Source: the human T2T-CHM13v2.0 reference genome, Homo sapiens. Taken from it: 64,000 bases of DNA. The stretch lies in the NCBI RefSeq assembly GCF_009914755.1, contig NC_060937.1. One strand, 5' to 3'. A program made the position numbers and the translations under genes. Below, one piece after another: positions 1 through 14,193 of this stretch; within the stretch, counting starts at the first letter, position 1; the number at the start of each line of letters is the position of its first letter. The notes under the pieces are model-generated. The model was given only the letters and a program-made list of their open reading frames with translations, was not told where the DNA came from and made no database searches.

Positions 1-38
1 TTAATTAAATAATTTCAATTATTGAAATTACCACTCTT

Positions 39-347
<309 letters not shown>

Positions 348-1914
348 TTACCACTCTTGTAAAAATCACAGGAAAGGCTGACTGAGATACCATTCCACCA
401 GATGCCACTCTATCTTGATGCCTCATGTTTGAATCTGTTCTATTTCTCAGAATAGAATAGTACTCTAATTACTAGCAATGTTTTGTTGACATTTGTTCAG
501 AAAAAAATTTCCCGTTCTTATGTGTGATTTATTTTATAAAGCAACAAGAAAAATATTTCAGCAAAACACATCTATAATATCAATGTGATAATCATTTCTC
601 TTTAAAAGATCATTTTAGAAGTGTTGAAACAAATTATTTCTTAAAGCAAAAATTTAGCTGCACAATTTATTATAGAGATCATGTACAATGTATTTTCTGT
701 TTCACATAAGCCAATTACCTAACCAAAGCTTTAACCATTTATTGTCTCAAGACAGTTAAGAATACAAAATAAAGTTAAGACATGATCACTGTTTCAGGGA
801 ATTCAAACCTAGCTAGATGAACACACCGAAAGAAGCAAGCAAGATACTAAAAGTGACTAAATAATTTGTGAAATATATAATGGCATATGACATTGAAATC
901 ACATGATGCAAATAATTAATCAATAGCTTAGAGAAAATACCCTCAGTAAGAACTAGAGGAATCCAAAATGACCTCATAGAGGATGAGGAGCTGGGAAGAG
1001 CTTGAAGAAGAGAAAGAGTTTTACTAGGAGCACAGACATGGAAAGGCCGCCTAGCCAGGAGAATCTTAAAAGTCAATGTAGTACAGTAGATGGAAACCCC
1101 CTACGAAGCTGCTTTTTTGCCAGCTCTAGCTTGATCTAATCAGCATTGAAGTTGAAAGACATATTCTACCAAAAATTGCAATTCTGGAGAGACCTATAAT
1201 AAATACATATATGAATATATATTAATATATATGAATACATATCACAGGAATATATACGATACATAGCAGAAGATTATATATATCTCATATCTGAGGGGTT
1301 TATATATGTAAGTATCATATCAATGGGACTCAAATTCTATCTATGAACACAGATGCTCCAAGACATAAATTCCTCACCCTTGAAGCTTGCTCTTCCCAAA
1401 AATCCCCTCAGAGAAAATGGCATCTTTCTTCAGATCCATAAATTTCACTCTCAGTGGCTAAAATCATTCCACAGTCAGCCAATCAAGAAAGCTCGAGGAA
1501 GCAGTTTCTCCCACCGTGGGTGAGTCCGGGCCCCTGGTCTGGGGTTCCTCTTCCTGTCTGTCGCTGGGCGGCTCTTTAGTTCTCCGGTGGTGCCTTTCCA
1601 TCAGGAGCGCCAAGGTGCTGCCTCCACCATCCTCTTAGAAGCTCTCCTTAGCCAAAACCCACTTTTTCCTATCATTTCCTAGTATGGCTTTCCAGATGAC
1701 TTCTGCTGGGTTCCTTCCGTGGCTCAGTTCTCTGCTGTCAAAGTGCTGTGGGGCCAGAAACCGCTTCATTCAAGCCCTCTCTCTTACTAGTGATTTTCAA
1801 CTAATAGTGATCTTACTTTCTGCTAGTGAATTACCAAAGCTTCCCCCTAAAACACGCTGTTTCTATTTTTATCTCATTTAGAAAGAGGCACTCATAAAAG
1901 CAAACAGCATTCAT

Positions 1915-4060
1915 GGAGCACTTAATGTATGCCAGAGACTAGGTATCTACATGCATTCTCTAATTCAGTGCTCACAACAGCCATTTTACAAAGGAGGAAA
2001 ATTTAGGTGTAAAGACATTAACAAATTACTTAAGGCTAAAAGAGGCAGAGTCTCAACTTCAGCCTAGGCCTGCCTAATTCTGATGATCAATAACCAATTT
2101 CCAGCCTCTCACCATCGAGTGTTTGCAAATTCTCTGAATTTTGAGTTTAGTCTTCCATCTTCTAAAGACACTTCTCACCAACTGATACATGTACCTTAGT
2201 CTTTTGTTATTATTTTTTGCTGGATTTATAGCTAAAATAATCCATTATTTTTCTTATCTTAAAATTATTCTTGAGTCTTTTCCTTTTCTTCCTATCACCT
2301 CATTTATCCAGTGCCATTTACAGCAAATTTCTTTGAAAAAATTATTAATATGCATTATCTGTCATTCTTCTCATTTTATTTTCTCTTGAAATTATTCTAA
2401 TTGAACATTTGCCTTTACCACTCCGCTACTCTTCAATGACTTCCATGAAGCTAAATCCAGTGGCCAATTCCGGGCTATAATCCCACTGACTTTTTAGCCT
2501 AACTCACACTGGTTGACGACTCCCTGATCCAAAAGACACCACGTTCACATAGCTCTAGGATATGGCCCTGAGTACTCTCTCCTAATTTTCCTTCCATTTC
2601 ACTAGCTATTTCTTTCACAGCACTTGCCTCTCTCTCCTCATGTCCCCAAACTCTAAATATTGGCGTTCACCAGTGACCTCTGGCTTAGGCTTTCAGCCTC
2701 TTCTCTCTCTAACTTCAGTCCATCACTTATTGATCCAATCCAGTGTCATGGCTTAAAACATCCATATTTATATCTCTGCCTCTCCTTTCAATTCCTGACT
2801 CATCTATCTAACTACTTACTTGACACTTCTGCATTGACTCAATGTCCAAAAACCAAACTCCTCATCTGTCCCCTTAAACTTGCTTTTCCAGACATCCATT
2901 TGTTTGGGGGCCAAAATATGCAATTCTCCTTAGCTCTGCTCTTTTTCTCTTACCCTACGTCCAACCCATCACCAGACTGCACCAACTGTAAAAAGTAGCC
3001 TTAACTGCTGTCTCCTCCACAATGACCACCACTTCTGCCCAAGCCACTGTCCCCTCCCACCTAGACCATTGCAATAAACGTCTGTCACCCTACTCCTATC
3101 GTTGCACTCTTTTCCCTACAAGGCAGTCTGAATGCCATTTTTAAAAATTAAGCTAGATTATACCAGCTTATCAGTATCTGTATACATCAGCTAGAGGTGC
3201 CATAACAAAATACCACAGCCTAGGTGGCTTAAACAAGTAAAACGTTGCCTCACAGTTCTGAAGGCTGAAAGTCCAATGTCAAGGTGCCAGCAGGTTCAGT
3301 TTCTCTCGAGGCCTGTCTCCTTAGCTTGCAGGTGGCCACCTTCTCCCTGTGTCCTCACATGGTCTCCTCTGAGCACGTGAATCCCTGTGATCTCTCACAT
3401 GTCTCAATCTCTTCTAATAAGGGCTCCAGTCCCATTGGAATAGGGCTCCAATCATAGAACCTCATTTAACTTTAATTATCTCTCCAAAGGCTTGACCTCC
3501 AAATGCATTCACTCTGGGGGCTAGAGCTTCCACATACAAATTTGGAAGGAATGTAATCCAGTCCATGAGGTATCATTCCATGGTTTTCCATCTCACTCAG
3601 AAACAAGCCAATGTCTTTTCAGTGGCTAGCAAAGTGTTGCGTGATTGAGACGTCCACGTCTCCACTCACTTCCTGGATACTGCAGTCAAGCAAACTGACC
3701 TCTTGCTGTTCCTGGAACTAACAGGAATTCTTCTGTATTTGTTATTCTCTCTCCTCAGAAATTGTCTTTCCCTCACTCTCACCCACCCCTCAGGTCTTTA
3801 CTCAAATGCCGCTTCTCCACGGAACCTTCCTACCTAATTTTCAGTTGTAATTCCTGGCACCATCCTCACACCATAACACCTTTTCCTGTTTTATTTTCCA
3901 GCAAGACACCTGTCACCCTCTCTCTCAATATTGACATGACATACATTTTACCTGTGTATGTGTTTATTGTCTGTCGCTGAGCTTCATGGTGGCTGAGGTT
4001 TTTGTTTTGTTCAGTGCTGTTCGCCATCATCTGAAACAGCAACAAATATTCTATCAAGGT
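1915..4060. mobile_element. Degenerate MIR and L2 fragments (interrupted by an MLT1 LTR)
   Basis: MIR-like 'ccattttacaaaggaggaaa' near 1980; L2-like pyrimidine-rich motifs 'aatgtccaaaaccaaactcctcatct' and 'ctcaggtctttactcaaatg'; boundaries approximate. Confidence 0.55.
3178..3567 (-). mobile_element. MLT1 (MaLR) solo LTR
   Basis: 'gccataacaaaataccacagcctaggtggcttaaacaa...cctcacagttctgaaggctgaaagtcca...tcaaggtgccagcagg' is typical reverse-oriented MLT1; subfamily uncertain. Confidence 0.8.
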
Positions 4061-5049
4061 GACAGAAATTCATGACTATTTTCAAGGGTATACTGCTGAT
4101 AGGAATTATTAACTATCTCTGAAATTTATTTGGTCTTGGCCAATAAGTGACCTCCACTTTCCCCTACTTATTAATAAACTTTTACTTGTTCTTAGACATC
4201 TCTCTGGCTGCTGACTTTGCACAACTACTCAAAACCATTATTATTTCTTGCTTCTTTGCTTGTATACTTAGAACATGCTGAAATCAGCACATACAAATTC
4301 ATAAATTCAGACCTCAAGGGCTTTTCTATGAAAGTCCGTGGGTTATTGAGGTGTTAAAATAAACAAAAGTACTGTAAACAGAAAATTTAAAGATGAGAAT
4401 GTTTATCAAATGCCTACCATGCACCAGGCAATTGATAAACAATTTCATTGAACCTTTACAACAAGCCAATATGTTATTAGGGTTGTTTATATTAAGTCTA
4501 TTATCTCTTCTTACACTCAAGAGTCTATGTTATTCCTTTAATTTAATAAAATTACATTTTTTCAGTGTGCAATGTTAATTTACAACCCTCAAAAATTTTA
4601 TATAACAAGCAGTTTATCGTCCCAAGTAAGCTACCATTCTCTTGTCTGTACACATATCTGCCTTTTCTCACATAGGTACCCTAGGAATCAATCTTGGTCT
4701 GAGAGACTGCATATTAACAGGAGGCCAGGAAGGCAAGAACAGGGGTGTGCCATCATCTAGTCACCTCTGGAGCAGAGCTTTGCAAAGAGCATTCCTCAGG
4801 AAGATTCCTCAGAGGTCCTCTACAATTCTCCAAAACCAGCATAATGTAGTTAGTAAGAATATGGATTCCTGAAGTCATATCCCAGCTCTCTCACTCACTT
4901 CTCTGTAAAATGAGGACAATGATGATGATAATGATGATGATTAGTACTCCTAGAGGTATGATGAGGATAAAATAAAATAATACATGAAAACAATTTTGAA
5001 TTGCGCTCAGCACCTGTAAAAGCATTCAATCAAAGGAAGTGATTATGCT

Positions 5050-7700
5050 ACATGTTACTTTTTTATTTGTATAAAAGTACCACAAATGTATTTTATCCAG
5101 ATGATAAACATTTAGTTGATTTCCAATTTTTCACTTTAATAAACAATGTCAAGCTAAACATTCTCATGCATGTTTCCATTACTCCAGGGCATATGCAAAG
5201 AACAGCAATTGCTGAGTGTGAACAAATGTTCATCTTCATTTTGTCTGGATATTCCAAACTTGTTCTCTAACGTGTCTGGACCAAGTTCTGTTTCCCCCAG
5301 CAGTGTATGACACCCTCACCATCATTTCATATTGTCAGACTTTATAAATGTACCTGTCCAACATGTGTGAAATGACATCATTAGGTATTCCATCTTCATT
5401 TTTCTGATTATTGCGAAGTTGAGCATATTTTCATTTTGTTGGCCCTTTTTATTTCCTTTTCTGCCAATTGCTTATTCACTATCATTTCTGATGGTGTATT
5501 TTATTGGTTAAGGCAATGCATAAAGCCAGCCTAGGTTCAAGGGGAAAAAAATAGGGCCCATGTCTCAGTGAGTGGAGCAGCAGGCACATGAAGAGGGAAG
5601 GCAGGAATTGATGGTGGCCACCGTTGGAGACAACCTACGACAATCTATTGTGTCCATTTGTCAGTTGTACTGTTTGCCTTTTTGTAGTTATTTTGGCTAA
5701 TTTTAGAGGCATTATCCACATCTTCCAGATAATAATTATTTGTAATTTACGTATATAATAAATTTACATATATAATAAATTTACGTATATAATAATGCAT
5801 AGCATTATTTACATTTTATGGTATCTTTTGACTCATAGAAATGTTCATGGTAAATGTAGTCAAATTCATTGCCATTGTCTTCTATGAATTGTAATTTTAT
5901 GTCTCATTTAAGAAAATCTTTGCTATCACAAAGTCATCAAGCTTATTCGGCTGTTTTCCTCAAAATACTTTAAATTTTTGTATCTACATTTGGATCACAG
6001 ATCGTTTGGTATTTATTTTAGTACAGAATATGAGGTAAGAATAGAATCTATTTTAACTTGTTTTCATGTAACAAGTCAACTGCCTCAGCACAATCTGTTG
6101 AAGAGTCTAGATTTCTTCACTGCTGTGTTATGTTCTTCCATCCTATATTTTCGTATACTTTTAGATCTATTTATGGTCTCCCTAGCTATAACACAATACT
6201 ACTGTTAAAACAAGTGTTAATATTTGATTTGATGAACCTCATTTCTTCTTCTTCAATTTGTCTTGGTTTTCCATGGCTCTTTACATTGTAAGTACAATCA
6301 GTTTGTCAAGTTCCACTTATTGGTGCCTTTATTGCTATTGTAATGAATTTTAAATCTTAATTATATTGTAAGCAATCCAAATAAGAATCTTGCTTGGCAT
6401 TTTTCATTTTTGTAGAGAAATTCACAAACTGATTCTAAAATTAATATAAAACCATCTAGAATGCAGAAATCTAGTATATTCAATGCAATATTTAAAAAGA
6501 AAAATAAAGTGGGCAGACTTGTACTATTTGGTTCCAAGACTTAACAATAAATCTGTAGTAATCAAGATATTATGTGATACTAGCAGAGGATTGACAAGTA
6601 GATCAATGGAACAGAAAAGAGAGCCCAGAAATAAACCCATGTCTCTACTGACTTTTGATTTCTAAGAAAGTCACCCAAGCAATGCAATAGGGAGAAGAAA
6701 ACAAGCAGAGCTGGGAAAACCGAATGTCCATATGGAGAAAAAAATGAGTCATGACACCTACCTCAAGCCAAACAAACAAACTCAAAATGGACTATCGACT
6801 GAAAAATAAAGCTAAAACAGTATAGTTTCTAAAAGAAAATAGGATGTCTTCATGACATAGGGGCAGGCAAAGCATTCTTTAGTAGAAGACCAAAATTAAA
6901 AACCATAAAATACTTTCTCAAAATGAAAAATAAATCTGCTCAAATATAGAAACCTTAAAAACTCAAATAAGAAAGCTACAGATTGGGAGGAAATATTCGT
7001 TTATCTGACAAAGATGAGCTATATAAAGAGTTTCTTCAATTCAGTAATAAAAAGATAAACAGCCTAAAAAATGTGGAAAAGACTTGAATAGATACTTCAC
7101 AAAGCATCATATATAGATGACCAATAAGCACATGAAAAATTGCTGGGCATCATTAGTCATCAGAGAAATGCAAATGAAACTATAATGAGATATAGCTAAA
7201 TACCCATTAGACTGCCTAAAATTTAAAAAGACTGACAACACTAAATATTGGTGAGGATGAGAAGAATCGGAACTCTCATGCATTGTAAGCAGGAATGTAA
7301 AATAGTAAAACTCTGGAAAAAAATATTGGGTAGTTTCTTATAAAATTAAACACACATACCATGGCTTAGCAATTCTCCTAGAATCGTGTTATATTAATTC
7401 AATGAAATATTATTCAATAAAAAAGGACAAGCTTCTAATATACAAACAGCACGAAAGAATCTCAAATGCCTTATGCTGGGTGACAGAAGGCTTAGTCAAA
7501 ACAACGGACACTGTATGGATTCCATTTATATAAACTGCTAAAATAAGAAAACTAATCCTTAATATAAAAACTCAGAACAGTGGTTGCCTATGAGGGGTAG
7601 GCACACAAGGGAGTTTTCTGGGGGTGGTGGTAATAGTCCACATCTGAACAGGGATTTGAATATTATCCAAATGTCAAAACTCATAGAACTGTGCATTGAA
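5050..7700. mobile_element. Old L1M (L1MC/ME-type) fragments, minus then plus orientation
   Basis: ORF2 3' relic on + (6400-7700: 'gatcaatggaacagaaaagagagcccagaaataaaccc', 'cattagtcatcagagaaatgcaaat'); T-rich antisense L1 relic at 5050-6350. Confidence 0.7.
5744..5794. repeat. 17-bp tandem repeat x3 (AATTTACRTATATAATA)
   Basis: Copies at 5744, 5761 and 5778. Confidence 0.9.
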
Positions 7701-8880
7701 GGCCAAGCTATCCCCTACTCACTCCCTGTTTCAAAGCAATTGATGTATAGCAAGCCTTCACTTTTACTGGAAAAATGATCTTCCTGAGACTGGTCTTTCT
7801 TTTGTTGGGGAAATTTCCCCTAGGGGGAAATGAGGACACAGAGAACTGTATAATGCACAAGGAATCAATGCAGAAAAGGAAGATCACAAGCTTTGATATG
7901 AAACAAAGCTGGACCCAGCCACGCATTAACTCTGTGACTTAAGGCAAGGTCACTGACCTTGCTGAAACTAATCTTATTCAAAATGAAGGATAAGAATTCT
8001 GAAATGAGCATTTCCTGGGAGAATTAGTATAAATTTATATTATGTTTTTGAGTCCCTTTTTTAGAGCTAGTGTAACCCCTCTGAGGCATCTAGTTTTTTG
8101 CAGGGGTTCAAGTCCAGCTCCCAATTTGGTGCAAGATGAACATGATGAGTTCCAAGCGATAAAATAAATACAATCTCCACCGTTAAATATAACATCACAA
8201 AACGCACAACACTAAAGACAAAAACAAAGTTCAAAATGCAGTAAGTAAAGGAAACAGAGATTATCTACAAATAAATTATAACTTGTAATTATACTCTTCA
8301 TTAATAGTAGATGTCAAAAAGGAGGAAAATAATTTTCAAAATGCTTAGGGAAGACAAGAGCCAACTTAGCATTATTAAACTCAGGTAATAATTATCCAGT
8401 TGTGAAACCAAATGAAGACATTTTCAGATAAATCAAATACAAAGAGAATTTACCATTCATAGAACTTCCCAGAAAGAAATACCAAAGGCTGTTCTTCAAC
8501 AAGAAGTGAATGGAACCCAAAAGAAAGGCTTGGAATGCAAAGCAACTGATTGATCTGTTTATGAGTTTAAATAATCACTGACTATCAATAACAACAACTA
8601 CAGGGTATTTTTTAAAGTGAATATGGAATAATTGAGAAAAGGGTATTGGCAGGAGTAATTGTGACCTAAAATACTTTAGAGTTCTTGTTTTTTGCGAAAG
8701 AAGGGTAGATATTTTGATTAGATTTAGACTCTATTCAGTAAACATTTTGAAAATTGGAAAGTAAGTGCTAAAATAATGGAAACAGACATGTTATACACAA
8801 AGGAAACACAATTATTCCAACATAAATCAATGTAAGTGGAAAACGCAAAATAGTGAAAATAAATTTAAGTGTATTAATAA

Positions 8881-9193
<313 letters not shown>

Positions 9194-10029
9194 AGGGGTT
9201 TATTTATTTATTTATTTATTTATTTAATTTATTTTTAATCTGTTGATATTTACAAAGATGACCTGAAACATTGTGAAAGAGAAAGACAAGGGGCCAATAA
9301 AAGTTGAAAATATTCAACAAGCGAATACCATCACCAACAAAACCATTGTATCAATGTTAATTTCAAATAACATAAAATTTGAGATGAAAATATTATTAGC
9401 TATAAGAAGATTTATAACAGAGGAAAATTTTACCAAAAAGATATAGCAATCCTGACCCTACTAAAACCTATCAATAAAGGATAAAGAAAAAAGAAACTGA
9501 ACATATGTAATTCTTCAGTGAAAATGGACTTAACAAGCAAAAATGAATACTACTAAGGATATAGATTTGAATGATGCAATTATATTTTTAACATGATAGT
9601 CTTATATAGAGAGCCCTGAAACCACAATTTCTAAGGAAACATAAAAGTCACAAAGATTGACTCAGAACTAGCCACAAAATAATTCCCCACAAATATTGAG
9701 CACTTATTATGCAAACCTCAGTACCTAACCCAAAACTAATAAAATTAAAGTTCCAATAACCAAAAAAATTATAAAAATATAGATTTAGGAAATTTTAATT
9801 CTTGTTCAAACAATTAATAATGTACTTCCAAAAACCAATAAGTTCATGAAAATATTATGATTCGAATGGAAAAAATATTAGGACCTGAATGCCCAAGATT
9901 AAAAAAAATTAATAAACTCAATATATCAAATCCTAGGCAATGGTAGTAAAATATAATCAACTTAAATAAAAAAATTTAAGATGCAAAAATTGAAAATTCG
10001 TGAGCTAAGTTTTCAAATCAAGTAGGTAA

Positions 10030-10465
<436 letters not shown>

Positions 10466-10694
10466 TACACTTCTGTTTCTAATCTTGCATGCAAAATTAC
10501 GACCACCACTGGGTCCATGGGATAGGGATTTGAATAGAAAGTGCTAAGGAATTTAACAAACAGTTTACTAATTTCAGGTCGGCCTTCTGATCCAATTTTG
10601 ACTTAATCATTTTTTTCTCCTCTTCCTGGTCATTTTCAATTCATTCTCCAAGATCTATTTCAAAAGGCAAATCTCTATTATAACATTATTTCTT

Positions 10695-11116
10695 TTTTTT
10701 TTTTTTTTTTTTTTTTTGAGACAGAGTCTCGCTCTCCCACCCAGGCTGGAGTTCAGTGGTGCGATCTCGCCTCCCGGGCTCACACCATTCTCCTGCCTCA
10801 GCCTCCCAAGTAGCTGGGACTACAGGCGCCTGCCACCACGCCCAGCTAATGTTTTGTATTTTTAGTAGAGACGGGGTTTCACGGTTTTAGCCAGGATGGT
10901 GTCCATCTCCTGATCTCGTCATCTGCACGCCTTGGCCTCCCAAAGTGCTGGGATTACAGGCGTGAGCCACCACGCCCGGCCAATTTTTTTGTATTTTTAG
11001 TACAGTCGGGGTTTCGCCATGTTAGCCAGGATGGTCTCGATCTCCTGACCTCGTGATCAACCCGCCTCAGCCTCCCAAAATGCTGGGATTACAGGCGTGA
11101 GCCACCGTACCCAGCC
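10695..11116 (-). mobile_element. Trimeric AluY-type element (extra left arm)
   Basis: Full Alu 10695-10981 followed by a second left arm 10982-11116; one TSD ATAACATTATTTCTT (10680-10694, 11118-11132) brackets all. Confidence 0.88.
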
Positions 11117-12509
11117 AATAACATTATTTCTTAGTCATTTCTTTCTGCAGTCTACCAAGATTCTTAAACTCACTAGTGTATTATATTTACTTGTTTATAA
11201 CTGGGCCCACCTCCAGCCTGCTGAGCAAATGCAAATTAAGAGTAGTAGCCATGTTTCTGCTAACTTCTAAAGTAAGTAAACAAATTAAAATTTTTCTATT
11301 TTCAGCCTTCCTAACCTAACCTCATGAACCAATTACATTGAGAATTCCACAGCAGGCACTTTACAATGTAAAGCAAACCCAGTTTATTAAATGTAATGGG
11401 CAAAGTGAAAAAGAAGGCAGTAGAGCCAGCCCTGATTCCCCCCAAGAGCAGAATAGCCCAGAGTTGGAGTGAGCTGCCTTCAGAAGGATGTTGTCAGCCC
11501 TGGATGTAATTGTGAGGACACCTGCCAGGATGGTGAGAGTTCACTGCTGCTAGCACCACAACTTTAATTATTTGTATTAAAGGAAAAGTTAAGTCTGAAG
11601 AGTCACCTGTACAAATCGTTTTAGCTTACTTAACAAGACCAAGTTGAGTAATACCATAAATGTTTCATGCCCATGTCCCAGGGAACAGCACAAAATTATC
11701 TCTAATTCACCATCCATTCCAAACCTAACATATCTGAAACCGACCCAATAGTACCATATATAGTTCTTTTGATAAGCATATAAATTGATCCTTCTGGTTT
11801 TAAAGCTTGAAACTTGTATTTGTTTTATCTGAGCTCGTTTCTAAGCAAATGAAATTTAGGCCTCTCACAAAAAGTATCAAAGAACTGAAACTCACCAGAT
11901 CATCACATCCAGACAATGAGAGTCTAGGCCCCTCATTCACCATGATTGCTTTCTTGCTCCTCCCTAGTTCCGGTTTCTTACACATTGTTACATTTTTTTC
12001 GCTGCTATACGAACCCCTAATTTTAGTCAGAGACATGATTAGAGAGACTGAGCCCCCATGTCCTTGGCTGCAGCAACCGAAGAAAGGCTTCTTCCTTGGC
12101 AGTACTCTTCATCTCTGTTATTGGCTTTCTGTGCTTTGAGCAGCAGGACCTAGTCCCAACCCCTGGAGTTTCACTAACATATTCAGTAACACAATCTAAT
12201 TATATTCAACATGCTTCTCACTTTACTTTTTCTCCGTGTATGAAATCCTAACTATATTCTTTTAAAAACTCCTCATTGGAAATCTGACACTACCTTTCAT
12301 TTGCTTATTCTCCAAAGTGAGTGGTTAAACTCAGGTCTGAGAAATTTCCCACATGGAATGTTTTTGTTTTTTCTCTTCTGGCCAGCACATTTTTACAACA
12401 TGTAGCAGTAGGTACCGCTTGACTATCTGCTTAATTGTATTTAATTGACAACAAATATAAAACCAAGGTTAAAATGCTTTCAAAGTATGTGAAGTAGATT
12501 TTTTGATTT

Positions 12510-12645
12510 GTTTTGCTTTTGTTTTAATAGAGATAGGGGTCTCACTTTGTTGCCCAGGCTGGTGTGAAAGTCCTGGCCTCAAGTGATCATCCTGCCTCAG
12601 CCTCCTAAATTGCTGGGATTACAGGTGTGAGCCACATGTCTGGGC
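12510..12645 (-). mobile_element. FLAM / Alu left monomer
   Basis: 'agagataggggtctcactttgttgcccaggctgg...ggattacaggtgtgagccac' single monomer. Confidence 0.8.
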
Positions 12646-12925
12646 AATTTGCTTTAAATCACTCAAATTGAAGCCAATAAAGTGAACAGTAAAACCATAT
12701 TACACCTATTTTCTCCACATAAAAAATATAATTATTCTGTTACGGATTATTTTAAAGCATTTAAAAATTTTTTTTCAAAAACCACAAAAGAGCACTGAGT
12801 AAAACTTTATAACATAAATTAAGAATTTGAAAAAGTTCAGAGTTTATTTCATCATTAAAGGTAATAAAACTTTATAGTTTCAATATGAAATTATGTCAGT
12901 TTTGAAAACTATTCATGACAATTCA

Positions 12926-13255
<330 letters not shown>

Positions 13256-14193
13256 TTAACTGAATATACATGTTATATATTGCAGAAAGACATAGCTTAA
13301 AACCCCATAACCAAGAAACTTCGTGACTTCTAATTCAAGTTATTTCATGTTATGAATTCATATGTATGTAAAAGTGATTCTTATATACAAAGACTGAAAT
13401 AATAACTTACAACTATTTGTCTCCTACCATATTTACTGCCAGATTCTCAGTATATTTAATAACATTTTGTATGCATTCATAAAATATTTTTGAATGTCTA
13501 TATGTTGTAGTGTGCTAAGCCATATGACCTCCTAAATTTCCAGCCCAGTTTAGAGGCTTCAAAGCCTTTAATCCACTTTTCAAAAGTGACTGTTATAATG
13601 CAAAGATATCTGAAAGAGAATCTGACACAGTGGATATGAAGTTACTTTTAAAAAAAGGAATTTTTTGAAGAATTTTATGAAGGTTACAGACCCTGTCCAG
13701 ATAATGCCCACTTTCACAAAATTTTCTTTATAGGTTTAAAAATCTCAAAGACTGCTGAAGTCTAGTCTTTAGAATCTTATTCGAGTTCAATTCTCTTATT
13801 GGGAACCATAGCTCAGAGAGATGCAGGACTCAACATTTATAGTGGCAGAGCTAGGCTGACAAAATGTCAGGCTTTTTTGTCTGAGTTGAATACATTCTTT
13901 GCCCTGTACTTCGCTCAAACTCAAAAGAAGTGACCAGAAACATTAAATATTTGTCACAATTCAAAGTTCAAATAAACTCTAAATAGGATAGAAACTGTAG
14001 GTGTAATAACTATCTTATATTTAGTAAGAATAAATACCTCCTCCTGCTGAGGAGGTGACTTAGAGCCTTCCTTTTCTAGATAGAGGGGAAGCAGTGTGGA
14101 TTCTTTAGTGTGTTCTGATAGCCATGTGTCACTACACACTTGTTCTTTGTGTCTTCACATCTCCTCCTGTTGCATTTCAAAGCATTTTCATAG

